Shown piece after piece: positions 6,726-14,243 of a stretch of DNA of 14,243 nucleotides. The translations under genes and the position numbers were made by a program. The notes beneath the pieces were generated by a model, which was not told the DNA's origin, ran no database searches, and saw only the letters and a list, made by a program, of their open reading frames with translations. Position 1 is the stretch's first letter. Every line of letters begins with the position of its first letter. Source of the stretch: Marinicellaceae bacterium (GTDB lineage Bacteria; Pseudomonadota; Gammaproteobacteria; Xanthomonadales; Marinicellaceae); assembly GCA_050303435.1 (NCBI GenBank), contig JBNLBT010000085.1, positions 1 through 14,243 of the forward strand. The letters are read 5' to 3'.

Positions 6726-7319
6726 TCAGGACGAGCGGTAGCGGTCATTCAGGCCCAGCCCGGCGCGGATCATCGGGGTGATTTTTTGCAACCGGTTTTG
6801 ACGCGTGTCGGCGCGTTTGGCCTCTGCGATGTACGCACTGTATTCCTTTTGTTTGTAGGGCGTCAGTGCCTTGAAGGCGTCGTTCAGTGTCTTGTCCTGT
6901 GCCAATGCAGCGGCCAGTTCCTCTGCCGGTTTGGCGACTTGTTTCTGCAGGGCAACCACCCGGCCCGCGCGGTGATTTTCTATGCTGGCGGCGATGTAGT
7001 TCTTGAACAGGGCGGCATCCGGAGCGCTGTCCTGTGTGAAGCGCCATTGGCGCATGGCCTGGGTTTTGCCGGGTTGTGCATTGATCAGCACGCCGGCCGG
7101 ATCCTCCAGCAAGGCGCCCTGATGGAACCACACCGCGGCGTGGTGCTTGAACGCCGCCAGGCCGATCAGGTTCTGTCCGTCCAGGGTGTAGGTCGGCGCG
7201 CCCCATTTAATGGTTTCCTGCAAACCCTGTTGCAGCAATTGCGCGCGCAAGGCGTGCAGCTGCGCGCCCCATTCGGGGTGTTTTTGCACATAGGTTTCGA
7301 AGGGATCGGGTGTGTTCAT
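6726..7319 (-). CDS. DUF1801/YdeI-OmpD-associated family protein
   Basis: MNTPDPFETYVQKHPEW...IKWGAPTYTLDGQNLIGLAAFKHHAAVWF resembles the DUF1801 domain, and the C-terminus TPYKQKEYSAYIAEAKRADTRQNRLQKI resembles the YdeI/OmdA tail. Start chosen at ATG 7319 (the MNTPD start) rather than the upstream track start. Confidence 0.6.
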   Translation of the reverse strand: MNTPDPFETYVQKHPEWGAQLHALRAQLLQQGLQETIKWGAPTYTLDGQNLIGLAAFKHHAAVWFHQGALLEDPAGVLINAQPGKTQAMRQWRFTQDSAPDAALFKNYIAASIENHRAGRVVALQKQVAKPAEELAAALAQDKTLNDAFKALTPYKQKEYSAYIAEAKRADTRQNRLQKITPMIRAGLGLNDRYRSS

Positions 7320-7362
7320 GACCGCCCCATGATACGGGATCGCGGGGTGTGTTGCAATTGAC

Positions 7363-7404
7363 AAAAAAACGGCGGCGCGTTTCAGGGCACCTAAACGCAC
7401 CGCC
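7363..7404 (-). terminator. Strong Rho-independent terminator downstream of the beta-helix gene, read on the - strand
   Basis: On the - strand: GGCGGTGCGTTT-aggtgccctg-AAACGCGCCGCC followed by GTTTTTTTG. Confidence 0.75.
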
Positions 7405-7412
7405 CAAAGGCA

Positions 7413-8921
7413 TCAATCGTCGAAATCGTGGGCGTATATGACGTCCGGAATGGACTGTTCAAAGGCGCCGATGTCGCAGCGCGGCAGGCCGTCGGCGTTG
7501 CCGTCCTGAAAGCGGTCTTCGCCGCGTTGGTCGGTGTTCAGGATCAAGCCGGTTTCGTCGCTGCAGCCGGTCGGATCGCCGCCGTCGATCAGCGCGCTGC
7601 CGGCGTTGGGCGCGCGCGTCGGTGTGGGGCCGCCGTTGTCGGTCAGGCCATCCAGCTGTGGGTCAATGGCGCCGCCGGCGCCGCTGTCACCGGACAAGTC
7701 GTTGCCGGCCAGCGTGAGCCCACAGCCGGCCACATCGCCGATGAAATTGTAATCGTCTGAGTTGCCATTGCCGCTGCAATCCGGCCCGGCGCCGCCGTTG
7801 AGTGTTTGATTGTCTGCCAGCACGGTGTTTCTGATCAGCACACCGCTGTTGAAAAACAACCCGCCGCCGCTGCCGCCGACGTCTTCGGCGTTGGCGATGT
7901 TGCGGGTGATGGTGCTGTTGAGGATTGCGGTGAATTCGCCACTGAACGAGCGCAGGTACAGGCCGCCGCCTTCGTTGCCGGCGCGGTTGCCGTCGATGGT
8001 TGAATTGATCACCACGTGGGTGCCGTTGGACGAATAGATGGCGCCGCCGCGCTGCTCTGACGTGTTGTCGGCCAGGGTGGTGTTTTCAATGCGCATGACG
8101 CCGCCTTCCTGGATGTTGAAAATGGCGCCGCCGCGCAGGGCCGATTGATTCAATTCAAACAGCGAGTCGGTGACGCTCAGATTGATCACCGAGCCGATGG
8201 CCTTGCGCAGCGAGATGGCGCCGCCGTTGCCACTGCTTTTGTTGTTGATGAAGAGGCTGCGCAGGATGGTGGCATCGATCTGCCCGGGGCCTTCGCTGCT
8301 GGCGTCCAGATCAATGGCACCGCCGGTGCCATTGGTGACCGCGTTGTTGCTGAATACGCAGTCTTCAATCAGCAGCGTGCGCCCACTCGCGTCGCCTTTG
8401 AACACCACCGCGCCGCCGCCATTGGAGGCGCTGTGAGAGTCGATGAGGCAATTGCGCAGGGTCAGATTGGCCGGCTCATCCATGCGCACTGCGGCGCCGT
8501 AGGCACCGCCGTCCAGCAGCTGCATGTTTTCGACGCGCAGTTCGGCGTCGCTGACGAGAATCGGACTGGTGTCATTGCCTTGCAGGCCGATCTGAGCACC
8601 GACGGGGGCAAGAATTTCCAGCGCTTCGGTGACCGCCGGCAAGCCGTTGACGCTGACGTCAATGACGGCGTTCAGTGGCAGGCCGTCGAACTCAATGACG
8701 TCGCTGCCGACCGCGCCGGCGCCGCATTCTCCGGCACTGCCGCCCGAGGCCGAGTTGTTGTTGGCGGCCAGAATGGCCTCGCGCAGCGTGCATTCGCCGT
8801 CGTTGTCAATCAGTGTGCCGGTGCTGTTGACTGTGATGGTGGCGGCGCGGGCCGTGGCCTGGCACAGACCCAGCGCGAGCAGCGCGATCAAGAGGGCATG
8901 GGTTGCGGTTGTTCTGTTCAT
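7413..8921 (-). CDS. Secreted right-handed parallel beta-helix repeat protein with an N-terminal CSLREA-like motif
   Basis: Signal peptide MNRTTATHALLIALLALGLCQATARA. The motif ECTLREAILAANNN follows the signal peptide. More than ten repeats of the GGA(I/V)/GGGL type (GGGAVVF, GGAIDL, GGAISL, GGAIFN, GGAIYS, GGGLYL, GGGLFF) with N/S-rich turns. C-terminal motif ...PRCDIGAFE. GGAGAGG RBS lies 5 nt upstream of ATG 8921; the upstream in-frame extension in the track is rejected. Confidence 0.7.
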   Translation of the reverse strand: MNRTTATHALLIALLALGLCQATARAATITVNSTGTLIDNDGECTLREAILAANNNSASGGSAGECGAGAVGSDVIEFDGLPLNAVIDVSVNGLPAVTEALEILAPVGAQIGLQGNDTSPILVSDAELRVENMQLLDGGAYGAAVRMDEPANLTLRNCLIDSHSASNGGGAVVFKGDASGRTLLIEDCVFSNNAVTNGTGGAIDLDASSEGPGQIDATILRSLFINNKSSGNGGAISLRKAIGSVINLSVTDSLFELNQSALRGGAIFNIQEGGVMRIENTTLADNTSEQRGGAIYSSNGTHVVINSTIDGNRAGNEGGGLYLRSFSGEFTAILNSTITRNIANAEDVGGSGGGLFFNSGVLIRNTVLADNQTLNGGAGPDCSGNGNSDDYNFIGDVAGCGLTLAGNDLSGDSGAGGAIDPQLDGLTDNGGPTPTRAPNAGSALIDGGDPTGCSDETGLILNTDQRGEDRFQDGNADGLPRCDIGAFEQSIPDVIYAHDFDD

Positions 8922-9030
8922 GGGACCTCTCCCTGTGTTGATACAACCCCTTAAACAAGAAATCGAGTGAATGACGACAGGTCGGGTGAATTTTTTATCT
9001 TCAGACAGGCCGGGCAAGGGCCGTTGCGGT

Positions 9031-11523
9031 TTATTCAGAATCGTTGACTGCCGTCTCGATCGGGGCCATGCGGTGTTGCAGCAGCAGGTCATTGAGCTCC
9101 CTGGAGTTGACCCCGTGCGCGCGCAGTTTGTCCAGCCACGGGTGGGCCTGGTCGATGTGGCCGGTGTGCAGCAGGGCGGTGGCCATGGTCAGTACGTAGT
9201 AAATGCTGTCGGAGGATTTTTCCACCACCGGACGGATCGCTTCAAGCGCCAGCAGCCGCTTGCTGCGCGCGGCGTCGTGCAGGCCCAGTCCGGCGTCGAT
9301 GTTGGCGGCTTGCATCAGGTCCATGCTGTAGTCATTGGCCGCCGAGTCGTTGCCCGGATCCAGGGCCACCAGATCGGCGGATATGGCCAGGCTCTTGCCG
9401 CTGTATTCACGCGCCAGGGGCACGTCGTCGGCGGCCAGCAGGACTTCGGTCATGAGATTGTATGAATAGGCCAGTTCGCGTTTGAAATTGCGGTTTTCCG
9501 GTGACCGCAGGCCCAGGCGTTGCCCCATTTCGATGGCTTTGTCCAGCGCCTCGCGGGCGCCGGCATGATCGTCCTGTTCGAGCAGAAAAAAAGCCATGTT
9601 GTTGTGCAGCACGCGCAGGTTGTTGTGCAAATCAATGCGTGTGTTCTGCAAGTCCACCGCCTGCTCGCCGATGCGCAGCGCGGTGCGCAGGGCATCAAGG
9701 CCCAGCGACAACGTGCCGTAATCCAGCTGATACCAGGCCATCGCCTGGTGCGATTGACTCAGGTATTTGTGCCAGTTGTGCACGTCGTCCGGTTTGCGCT
9801 GCAGGTTGGCTTGACTCAATTCAATCGATTCTTCAATGAAGCGCAGCGCCTGTTCGCCGGAAGCGTTTTCCAGGTGGTGCCAGGCCAGCAGGTTCAGTGT
9901 TTCCCACAAATTAAAGGCGTTGTCCGCCGGGGCCATGGCGCGCGCGTTGGCCAGCGCCGTGTGCAATTCCGCTTCGGCTTCGTCCAGGCGATTCTGCTGC
10001 GTTAATATGGTGCTCAACAAGGCGCCGATTTTGGCCAGTTTGCCCAGACGCAGGGCGCGGTATTCGGGGGCGTCGCGCAGATGATCCAGGCTGGCGCGCC
10101 CGGCCAGCAGCGCCTGTTGCGCGTCCTGGTGCAGTTTCAGATCCATCAGGACGCGGGCGATCTGCACGTAGTTCTGTGCCTTGTGCCAGTGAAATTGCGG
10201 GTCGTCGACGCGGCCTTCGAATTGGCGCAGATGCGCCAGAGACTGTTCGGTGATGTCCAGCAGCAGATCGGTCTTGCCCATGTTGTCGAGTTTTTCATAC
10301 AGGTTTTGCAGCATGAAATTGAGCAGCCCGTCGGAGGCATTGCGGGCCTGCTCGGCGCGGATTTTCTGCTGGCGGATGTCGTGGGTGTATTTCAACGAGA
10401 AGCCGATGGCGGTCGCACACAACAGCAGGGCCACGGCGGTCAGGCCTTTGTGTCGGCGAATGCTCTTGCCCAGCACGTGACCGATGCGGTTGCTCTTCTC
10501 CGCGATCGGCAGGCCATGCATCAGGCTGTACAGGTCGTTTTTCAGGGCCGTGATGCTGGCGTAGCGCCGCTCCACGCGCCGCTGCAGGCACAATTCAATC
10601 ACCCGGTGCACATCGGCGGGCAGCGCGCGGGCAAATTCCTCATCGGCGTGAAACGGGTGGCGCGCCGGCGATTCAGCGCACACATCGGTGAGGGCCTGTT
10701 GCTGCAGGCCTTTGAGCAGCAGGTACAGCATCGCGCCGCAGGCGTAGACGTCCACGCGCGCGTCGATGGCCTGCCCCTGCAGTTGTTCCGGGGCCATGAA
10801 ACCCGGGGTGCCGAACGCGGCATTCACCGGGTGTTCCTGCCAGCGCTGTGGATTGACCGAGATGCCAAAATCGACCAGCACCGGCGTGACGATGCCGTGG
10901 CGGTGTTCCACCAGGATGTTGCCGGGTTTGATGTCCATGTGCACGATGTGGTGCTCGTGGATGTACTCCAGCGCTTCACAGATTTTCAACATCAGCGCCA
11001 GCACTTCGTTGCGTGTGCACGGCTGTGTTTTGACGTGGGCATCCAGTGTCGGGCCGTCGATGTATTCCAGGGCCAGCCACGGCCGCCCGTCCTCGCTGTG
11101 GCCGGCGTCCAGGATGGGCACAATGTACGGGTGGCGCAGGTCCGCCAGAATCTGCATTTCCTGCAGGAACTGCTGGCGGGAAAAATGCTGCCCGCTGTGC
11201 GCGTGCAGAAATTTGATCACCACGGTTTTCTGATACAGACCGTCGGCGCGTTTGGCCAGATAAATCTCGCTTTGACCGCCTTCGGCGATTTTTTCCAGCA
11301 AGCGGTAGCGTTGCAAATCGGCGGCCTGAATGGTTGGGGGTTGGTCAAAAACGTTGTGCAACAATTGGTCCAGTTGCTGGCCGATTTGCGCTTGAATCAG
11401 GGGCCGGTCAGCGGCCATCAGGCCGTCGGCCTTGAGCGCGCGCATCAGTTCTTCGCCGTGCAACTGGGGATTGGATTCGATGAAGGCCTGAATTTTATCC
11501 CAGTCTTCGAACGGCTCACTCAT
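9031..11523 (-). CDS. Membrane Hanks-type serine/threonine protein kinase with a single TM helix and a ~430-aa TPR-like C-terminal (periplasmic) sensor domain
   Basis: Kinase motifs VVIKFL (the ATP lysine), HHIVHMDIKPGNILV (catalytic loop), VDFGIS (DFG) and GTPGFMAPEQ (APE). TM helix LTAVALLLCATAIGFSL. Repetitive helical C-terminus. The start ATG overlaps the sigma stop (ATGA). Confidence 0.8.
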   Translation of the reverse strand: MSEPFEDWDKIQAFIESNPQLHGEELMRALKADGLMAADRPLIQAQIGQQLDQLLHNVFDQPPTIQAADLQRYRLLEKIAEGGQSEIYLAKRADGLYQKTVVIKFLHAHSGQHFSRQQFLQEMQILADLRHPYIVPILDAGHSEDGRPWLALEYIDGPTLDAHVKTQPCTRNEVLALMLKICEALEYIHEHHIVHMDIKPGNILVEHRHGIVTPVLVDFGISVNPQRWQEHPVNAAFGTPGFMAPEQLQGQAIDARVDVYACGAMLYLLLKGLQQQALTDVCAESPARHPFHADEEFARALPADVHRVIELCLQRRVERRYASITALKNDLYSLMHGLPIAEKSNRIGHVLGKSIRRHKGLTAVALLLCATAIGFSLKYTHDIRQQKIRAEQARNASDGLLNFMLQNLYEKLDNMGKTDLLLDITEQSLAHLRQFEGRVDDPQFHWHKAQNYVQIARVLMDLKLHQDAQQALLAGRASLDHLRDAPEYRALRLGKLAKIGALLSTILTQQNRLDEAEAELHTALANARAMAPADNAFNLWETLNLLAWHHLENASGEQALRFIEESIELSQANLQRKPDDVHNWHKYLSQSHQAMAWYQLDYGTLSLGLDALRTALRIGEQAVDLQNTRIDLHNNLRVLHNNMAFFLLEQDDHAGAREALDKAIEMGQRLGLRSPENRNFKRELAYSYNLMTEVLLAADDVPLAREYSGKSLAISADLVALDPGNDSAANDYSMDLMQAANIDAGLGLHDAARSKRLLALEAIRPVVEKSSDSIYYVLTMATALLHTGHIDQAHPWLDKLRAHGVNSRELNDLLLQHRMAPIETAVNDSE

Positions 11524-12065
11524 GTCTGCATGCGGCTGGACAGCATCATCAGCGCGCTGTTCCAGTCGCGGTCGATGGTGCGCACATTGACCGCCAGAAG
11601 TTCGGCTATTTCACGGTTGCTCATGCCGCCGAAAAAGCGGTAGACAAACACCTCTTCCAGCCGCGCCGAGTAGCGACTGAGTCGCTGCAGATTGTCTTCC
11701 AGGTCGATCAGCCAGTCGACCTGATTGTGCAGTCCCGGCGGTTCGGCCGCGTTGTCGGTCACGGTTTGTTCGTTCAGCACCGGTTTCAGGCGCCTGGATT
11801 CGTTGATCAGAATGTGCCGCATCGCCAGCGCCGAAACGGCGAAAAAGTGGTTGCGGTTCTGGTAGGTCTTGTCCTGCTGTTTCATTTTCAGCCAGGCTTC
11901 ATTGACCAGCATGGTGGTGTTGATCTGGTGGTTGTGAATTTTCAGCTTTTGCGATTTGGCAATTTTTTTCAGGTGGGCATACACGCGCTCAAAGTCGTAG
12001 TTTTCGTCCAGTTGAAAACCGACGGTGCGTTTGTTGATCAATCGCGTGATGGGAATGGATTCCAT
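11520..12065 (-). CDS. ECF-type sigma-70 family sigma factor lacking the region-2 DAED acidic motif (NTTM instead); the type associated with a Ser/Thr kinase
   Basis: Region 2 (FERVYAHLKKIAKSQ...INTTMLVNEAWLKM) and a region-4 HTH (GGMSNREIAELLAVNVRTIDRDWNSA) are present. Thr50/Thr51 occupy the positions of the usual D/E residues. It is translationally coupled to the downstream kinase. Confidence 0.7.
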   Translation of the reverse strand: MESIPITRLINKRTVGFQLDENYDFERVYAHLKKIAKSQKLKIHNHQINTTMLVNEAWLKMKQQDKTYQNRNHFFAVSALAMRHILINESRRLKPVLNEQTVTDNAAEPPGLHNQVDWLIDLEDNLQRLSRYSARLEEVFVYRFFGGMSNREIAELLAVNVRTIDRDWNSALMMLSSRMQT

Positions 12066-12099
12066 GAAATGCTGCCCGCTGCTTGTGCCTCTGTTTTGA

Positions 12100-12148
12100 A
12101 CTATAGCACAAATCCTGCGCCGAAAAACAGATTGACATGAGGGTCAAT
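12100..12148 (-). promoter_or_regulatory. Putative promoter of the sigma gene (extended -10 TGcTATAGT on the - strand) with an upstream palindrome ATTGAC-N6-GTCAAT
   Basis: On the - strand, ...TGTGCTATAGTtcaaaacagaggcac...ATG. The palindrome sits at + strand 12131-12148. No convincing -35 was found. Confidence 0.35.
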
Positions 12149-12222
12149 GGGTGGGCGCGAAAATTTGTGAGGCACGCCTCAATTTCCGCAGGCAATGCAC
12201 AACAAGCGATCTCGGCCTGCGG

Positions 12223-14076
12223 TCAATACAGCCGTTCTCCGGCCGCTTTGATATCCTGGCCGACGTCACCCAGTGAATCGATGTCGACCAGTATGAAGTG
12301 CCCGTCAAAATCAATGCCGTGATCTTCGGGTACCGCCTGATCGATGTCGCTGTCAGCTTGCATCAAACACAAGAGAATCACAAACGGCACGTCCGCCGGC
12401 TGTTTCAATTGTTTGCTGGCCAGCCAAACCTTGCGGATGGATTGCAATTTTTGCAGAGAGGCGCGCAATCGCGCTTTGGCCGCGTCACTGATCTCGGCCG
12501 GCAAAAAAACCGAATTTTCATTCAGATCGTGCATGTCTCGATACAAAGCCTGATGCCGGTCGTGCTGTGCTTCCAGCTTGCGCAAGACGGTTTCAGCTTT
12601 TGCCGTTTCGCCGCGCAGCAGGTGGTGGCGGTACAAGTCTTCACCGGCCTGTTGCAGGGGGTGCGGACTGTGCAGCACACGCATCAACAGCGCCTCGCCG
12701 CGTTCCGGTGCATCCTGCAGCAAACTGGACCCCAGGTAATACATGGCAAAGGTGTTGTCTGGCTCAATGGCCAGCATGGCTTCAAGGGTGGGCCGTGCGT
12801 GCTGAGCACCGTGCAGATTGATTTCAATTTCAGCCCGTTCTCCCAGGCTGTCCATATCGTCTGCCGGATTGGCGTTGAGTTCCGCCAGACGGGCCCGGGC
12901 GCTTTGCGCGTATTGGTGCACTTCCTGCCAGCCTTTTTGGTTTTCTTCAGCCCATTGCCGGTCAAAGTAGTCCAGACAATCGTCCAGTGAGTCCGACAGC
13001 CAGACGAGAGCCGCACTGGGTTCATTCAATGGGCGCCAGACCGGCTCAACCCGCAAGGCCTGAAGCCGGTCCTTCAGTGCAGGGTGCGTGTCGCTGTAGC
13101 CGGTGGCCAAATTCAAGGCTTGTTGCAATGCCAGCTCGGCCTGAGCTGTGTCCAGCGAATGTGAGGCCAGGTGCTGCACCAGTTCATGGCCCACACGGCG
13201 ATTGATTTCAGCGTGCGTCTGCGCGGTCTTTTTCAAGGGTTGCCAGAACGTCTCATCGACAAAATGGCTGTGCAGTTCCGTCACAATCAATGCGACTCCC
13301 AGGTCTTCGGCGGACGTCAGCTGGGCAGCCACTGCGTCGGCTTCGAATTCATTGGCGCGCGCGAGCACAAATGAATACGCATTGAAATGCGGTGCGTAGC
13401 GATTAAAAAACGCACCCAGTAACCAGCGGGCAGACCCGTTGCTTTGATTGACCGCGTGCATGATGCGCATCCAGGTCATTCGCAGTCGGTAGACCCATGC
13501 ATTGAACTTGGCGTGGTCACCGCGCAAGTGCCCCATTTCATGCGCCACCACGGCCAATGCCTGTTGCGGATTCAGGCTGGCCAGCAACTGAACCCCCAGA
13601 ATAAGGGTGTTTCTGTGCCAGCCGAAAATGCCCAGGCGCGGCAGCTGCTGGATGGCCGCATTCATCTCGAAATTCAGCTTGACCTGGTGGATCGGCGGGG
13701 TGTGCAGGCGCCAGGCCATTTCATCGAGGTGCTCAAACAGACGGGGTGCCTGTTGACGTTGGATGATCCGGCCGGGCAGGCCCTCGAAGCGGATCATCAG
13801 GGAGCGTCCGATGACCACAATCAGGGCAACGATGAGCAGGATGAATTTACTTTTAATCAACAAAAGCAAAAATCCGTGACTGAAGATGACCAGCAATGCG
13901 GTGCCTGCGAACAGGCCCAAGGCCAGTGAAAAAAGCACAAACAGATAAGCGTAACCCAGCCAGGCAAGCCATTTCAGGCGGCGCTTGTAGGCCGCCGGGT
14001 TGCGTTCATAAACAGCGCGTGCACGCGCGGCCGTGCGCTCAAATTCTTCGCGCAGTTGGGTGCTGGATTTTGTCAT
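12223..14076 (-). CDS. Membrane-anchored M48-family zinc metallopeptidase (HEXXH) with a TPR-like C-terminal domain
   Basis: N-terminal hydrophobic helices (WLAWLGYAYLFVLFSLALGLFAGTALLVIF and FLLLLIKSKFILLIVALIVVIG). Zinc-binding motif VVAHEMGHLRGDH plus a downstream NEFEAD (a candidate third zinc ligand). Long helical C-terminus with TPR-like repeats. Confidence 0.7.
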   Translation of the reverse strand: MTKSSTQLREEFERTAARARAVYERNPAAYKRRLKWLAWLGYAYLFVLFSLALGLFAGTALLVIFSHGFLLLLIKSKFILLIVALIVVIGRSLMIRFEGLPGRIIQRQQAPRLFEHLDEMAWRLHTPPIHQVKLNFEMNAAIQQLPRLGIFGWHRNTLILGVQLLASLNPQQALAVVAHEMGHLRGDHAKFNAWVYRLRMTWMRIMHAVNQSNGSARWLLGAFFNRYAPHFNAYSFVLARANEFEADAVAAQLTSAEDLGVALIVTELHSHFVDETFWQPLKKTAQTHAEINRRVGHELVQHLASHSLDTAQAELALQQALNLATGYSDTHPALKDRLQALRVEPVWRPLNEPSAALVWLSDSLDDCLDYFDRQWAEENQKGWQEVHQYAQSARARLAELNANPADDMDSLGERAEIEINLHGAQHARPTLEAMLAIEPDNTFAMYYLGSSLLQDAPERGEALLMRVLHSPHPLQQAGEDLYRHHLLRGETAKAETVLRKLEAQHDRHQALYRDMHDLNENSVFLPAEISDAAKARLRASLQKLQSIRKVWLASKQLKQPADVPFVILLCLMQADSDIDQAVPEDHGIDFDGHFILVDIDSLGDVGQDIKAAGERLY

Positions 14077-14243
14077 GTTGATCTGGCATTGAACAGTATT
14101 AAAGTGTTGTCAGCGACGTCCGGGTTCGCTGACGTGCATTGTACGCCAATTTCACTGCTCTGGGAAATCAATGCAAGGTGGTTTGCATGCCTGGCTTCGC
14201 CTCGGGGCCGAGGCTATAATTGACCGGCCGCGCGCCGCACCGG

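Noticed and set aside
8880-8941. Apparent frameshift in both the beta-helix gene and the overlapping + strand ORFs
   Set aside because: The sequence I read around 8880-8940 appears offset by one base relative to the ORF track (an extra c at the start and a missing g at the end of the line). I treated this as a reading or formatting artefact, not a biological frameshift, and used the track coordinates.
7428-8954. + strand ORFs (7428-7760, 8145-8954, 8629-8970) inside the beta-helix gene
   Set aside because: Antisense to a repeat-rich secreted protein gene. Gly/Ala-rich frames are expected from the complementary strand of GGxGxx repeats.
8922-9092. N-terminal 57-codon extension of the beta-helix ORF in the track (start at 9092)
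   Set aside because: The extension overlaps the kinase 3' end, lacks an RBS, and precedes an obvious signal peptide that begins at the ATG 8921 with a GGAGAGG RBS.
10081-11643. 520-aa + strand ORF opposite the kinase gene, and other + strand ORFs at 9501-10005
   Set aside because: The kinase on the - strand has all Hanks motifs in order. The + strand frame is low-complexity (Gln/Val/Ala/Leu) and bridges the sigma/kinase junction.
12298-12990. 230-aa + strand ORF opposite the M48 gene
   Set aside because: Antisense to the HEMGH peptidase. No motifs.
1-14243. CRISPR arrays or cas genes
   Set aside because: No regularly spaced direct repeats were seen. The only repeats are the short GTTAAAA promoter repeats and the tRNA-like duplication.

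Overview
This 14.2-kb window is GC-rich (roughly 58-62% by eye) and looks proteobacterial. The + strand half (1-6655) holds a chimeric small ORF (UbiD-like N-terminus joined to an SRPBCC C-terminus) and a VOC/glyoxalase-family gene. An AAC(6')-I-type GNAT aminoglycoside acetyltransferase gene (- strand) converges on the VOC gene with only 2 nt between their stop codons. A three-gene operon follows: a secreted alpha/beta hydrolase, a LytS-type histidine kinase and a LytTR response regulator, linked by 4-nt overlaps. Next is an unusual 1.1-kb non-coding stretch. It has a near-consensus sigma70 promoter preceded by GTTAAAA(T) direct repeats, a ~220-nt candidate sRNA or 25-codon small ORF that ends in a strong intrinsic terminator, two overlapping tRNA-like cloverleafs (the first a class-I scaffold carrying anticodon CAG), and a long imperfect hairpin. 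An SPFH/band-7 protein with a ~190-aa N-terminal extension closes this half. The - strand half (6726-14076) encodes a DUF1801/YdeI-like protein, a secreted parallel beta-helix protein with an N-terminal CSLREA-like motif, a membrane Ser/Thr kinase with a large TPR-like periplasmic domain, an ECF sigma factor, and a membrane M48 (HEMGH) metallopeptidase with a TPR-like tail. The sigma stop overlaps the kinase start (ATGA), and the sigma's region-2 acidic DAED patch reads NTTM instead. That fits the phosphorylation-activated ECF sigma/STK class. No integrase, transposase or CRISPR array is visible. Coordinates follow the ORF track; around 8880-8940 the sequence I read appeared shifted by 1 nt relative to the track, and the track frame was used.
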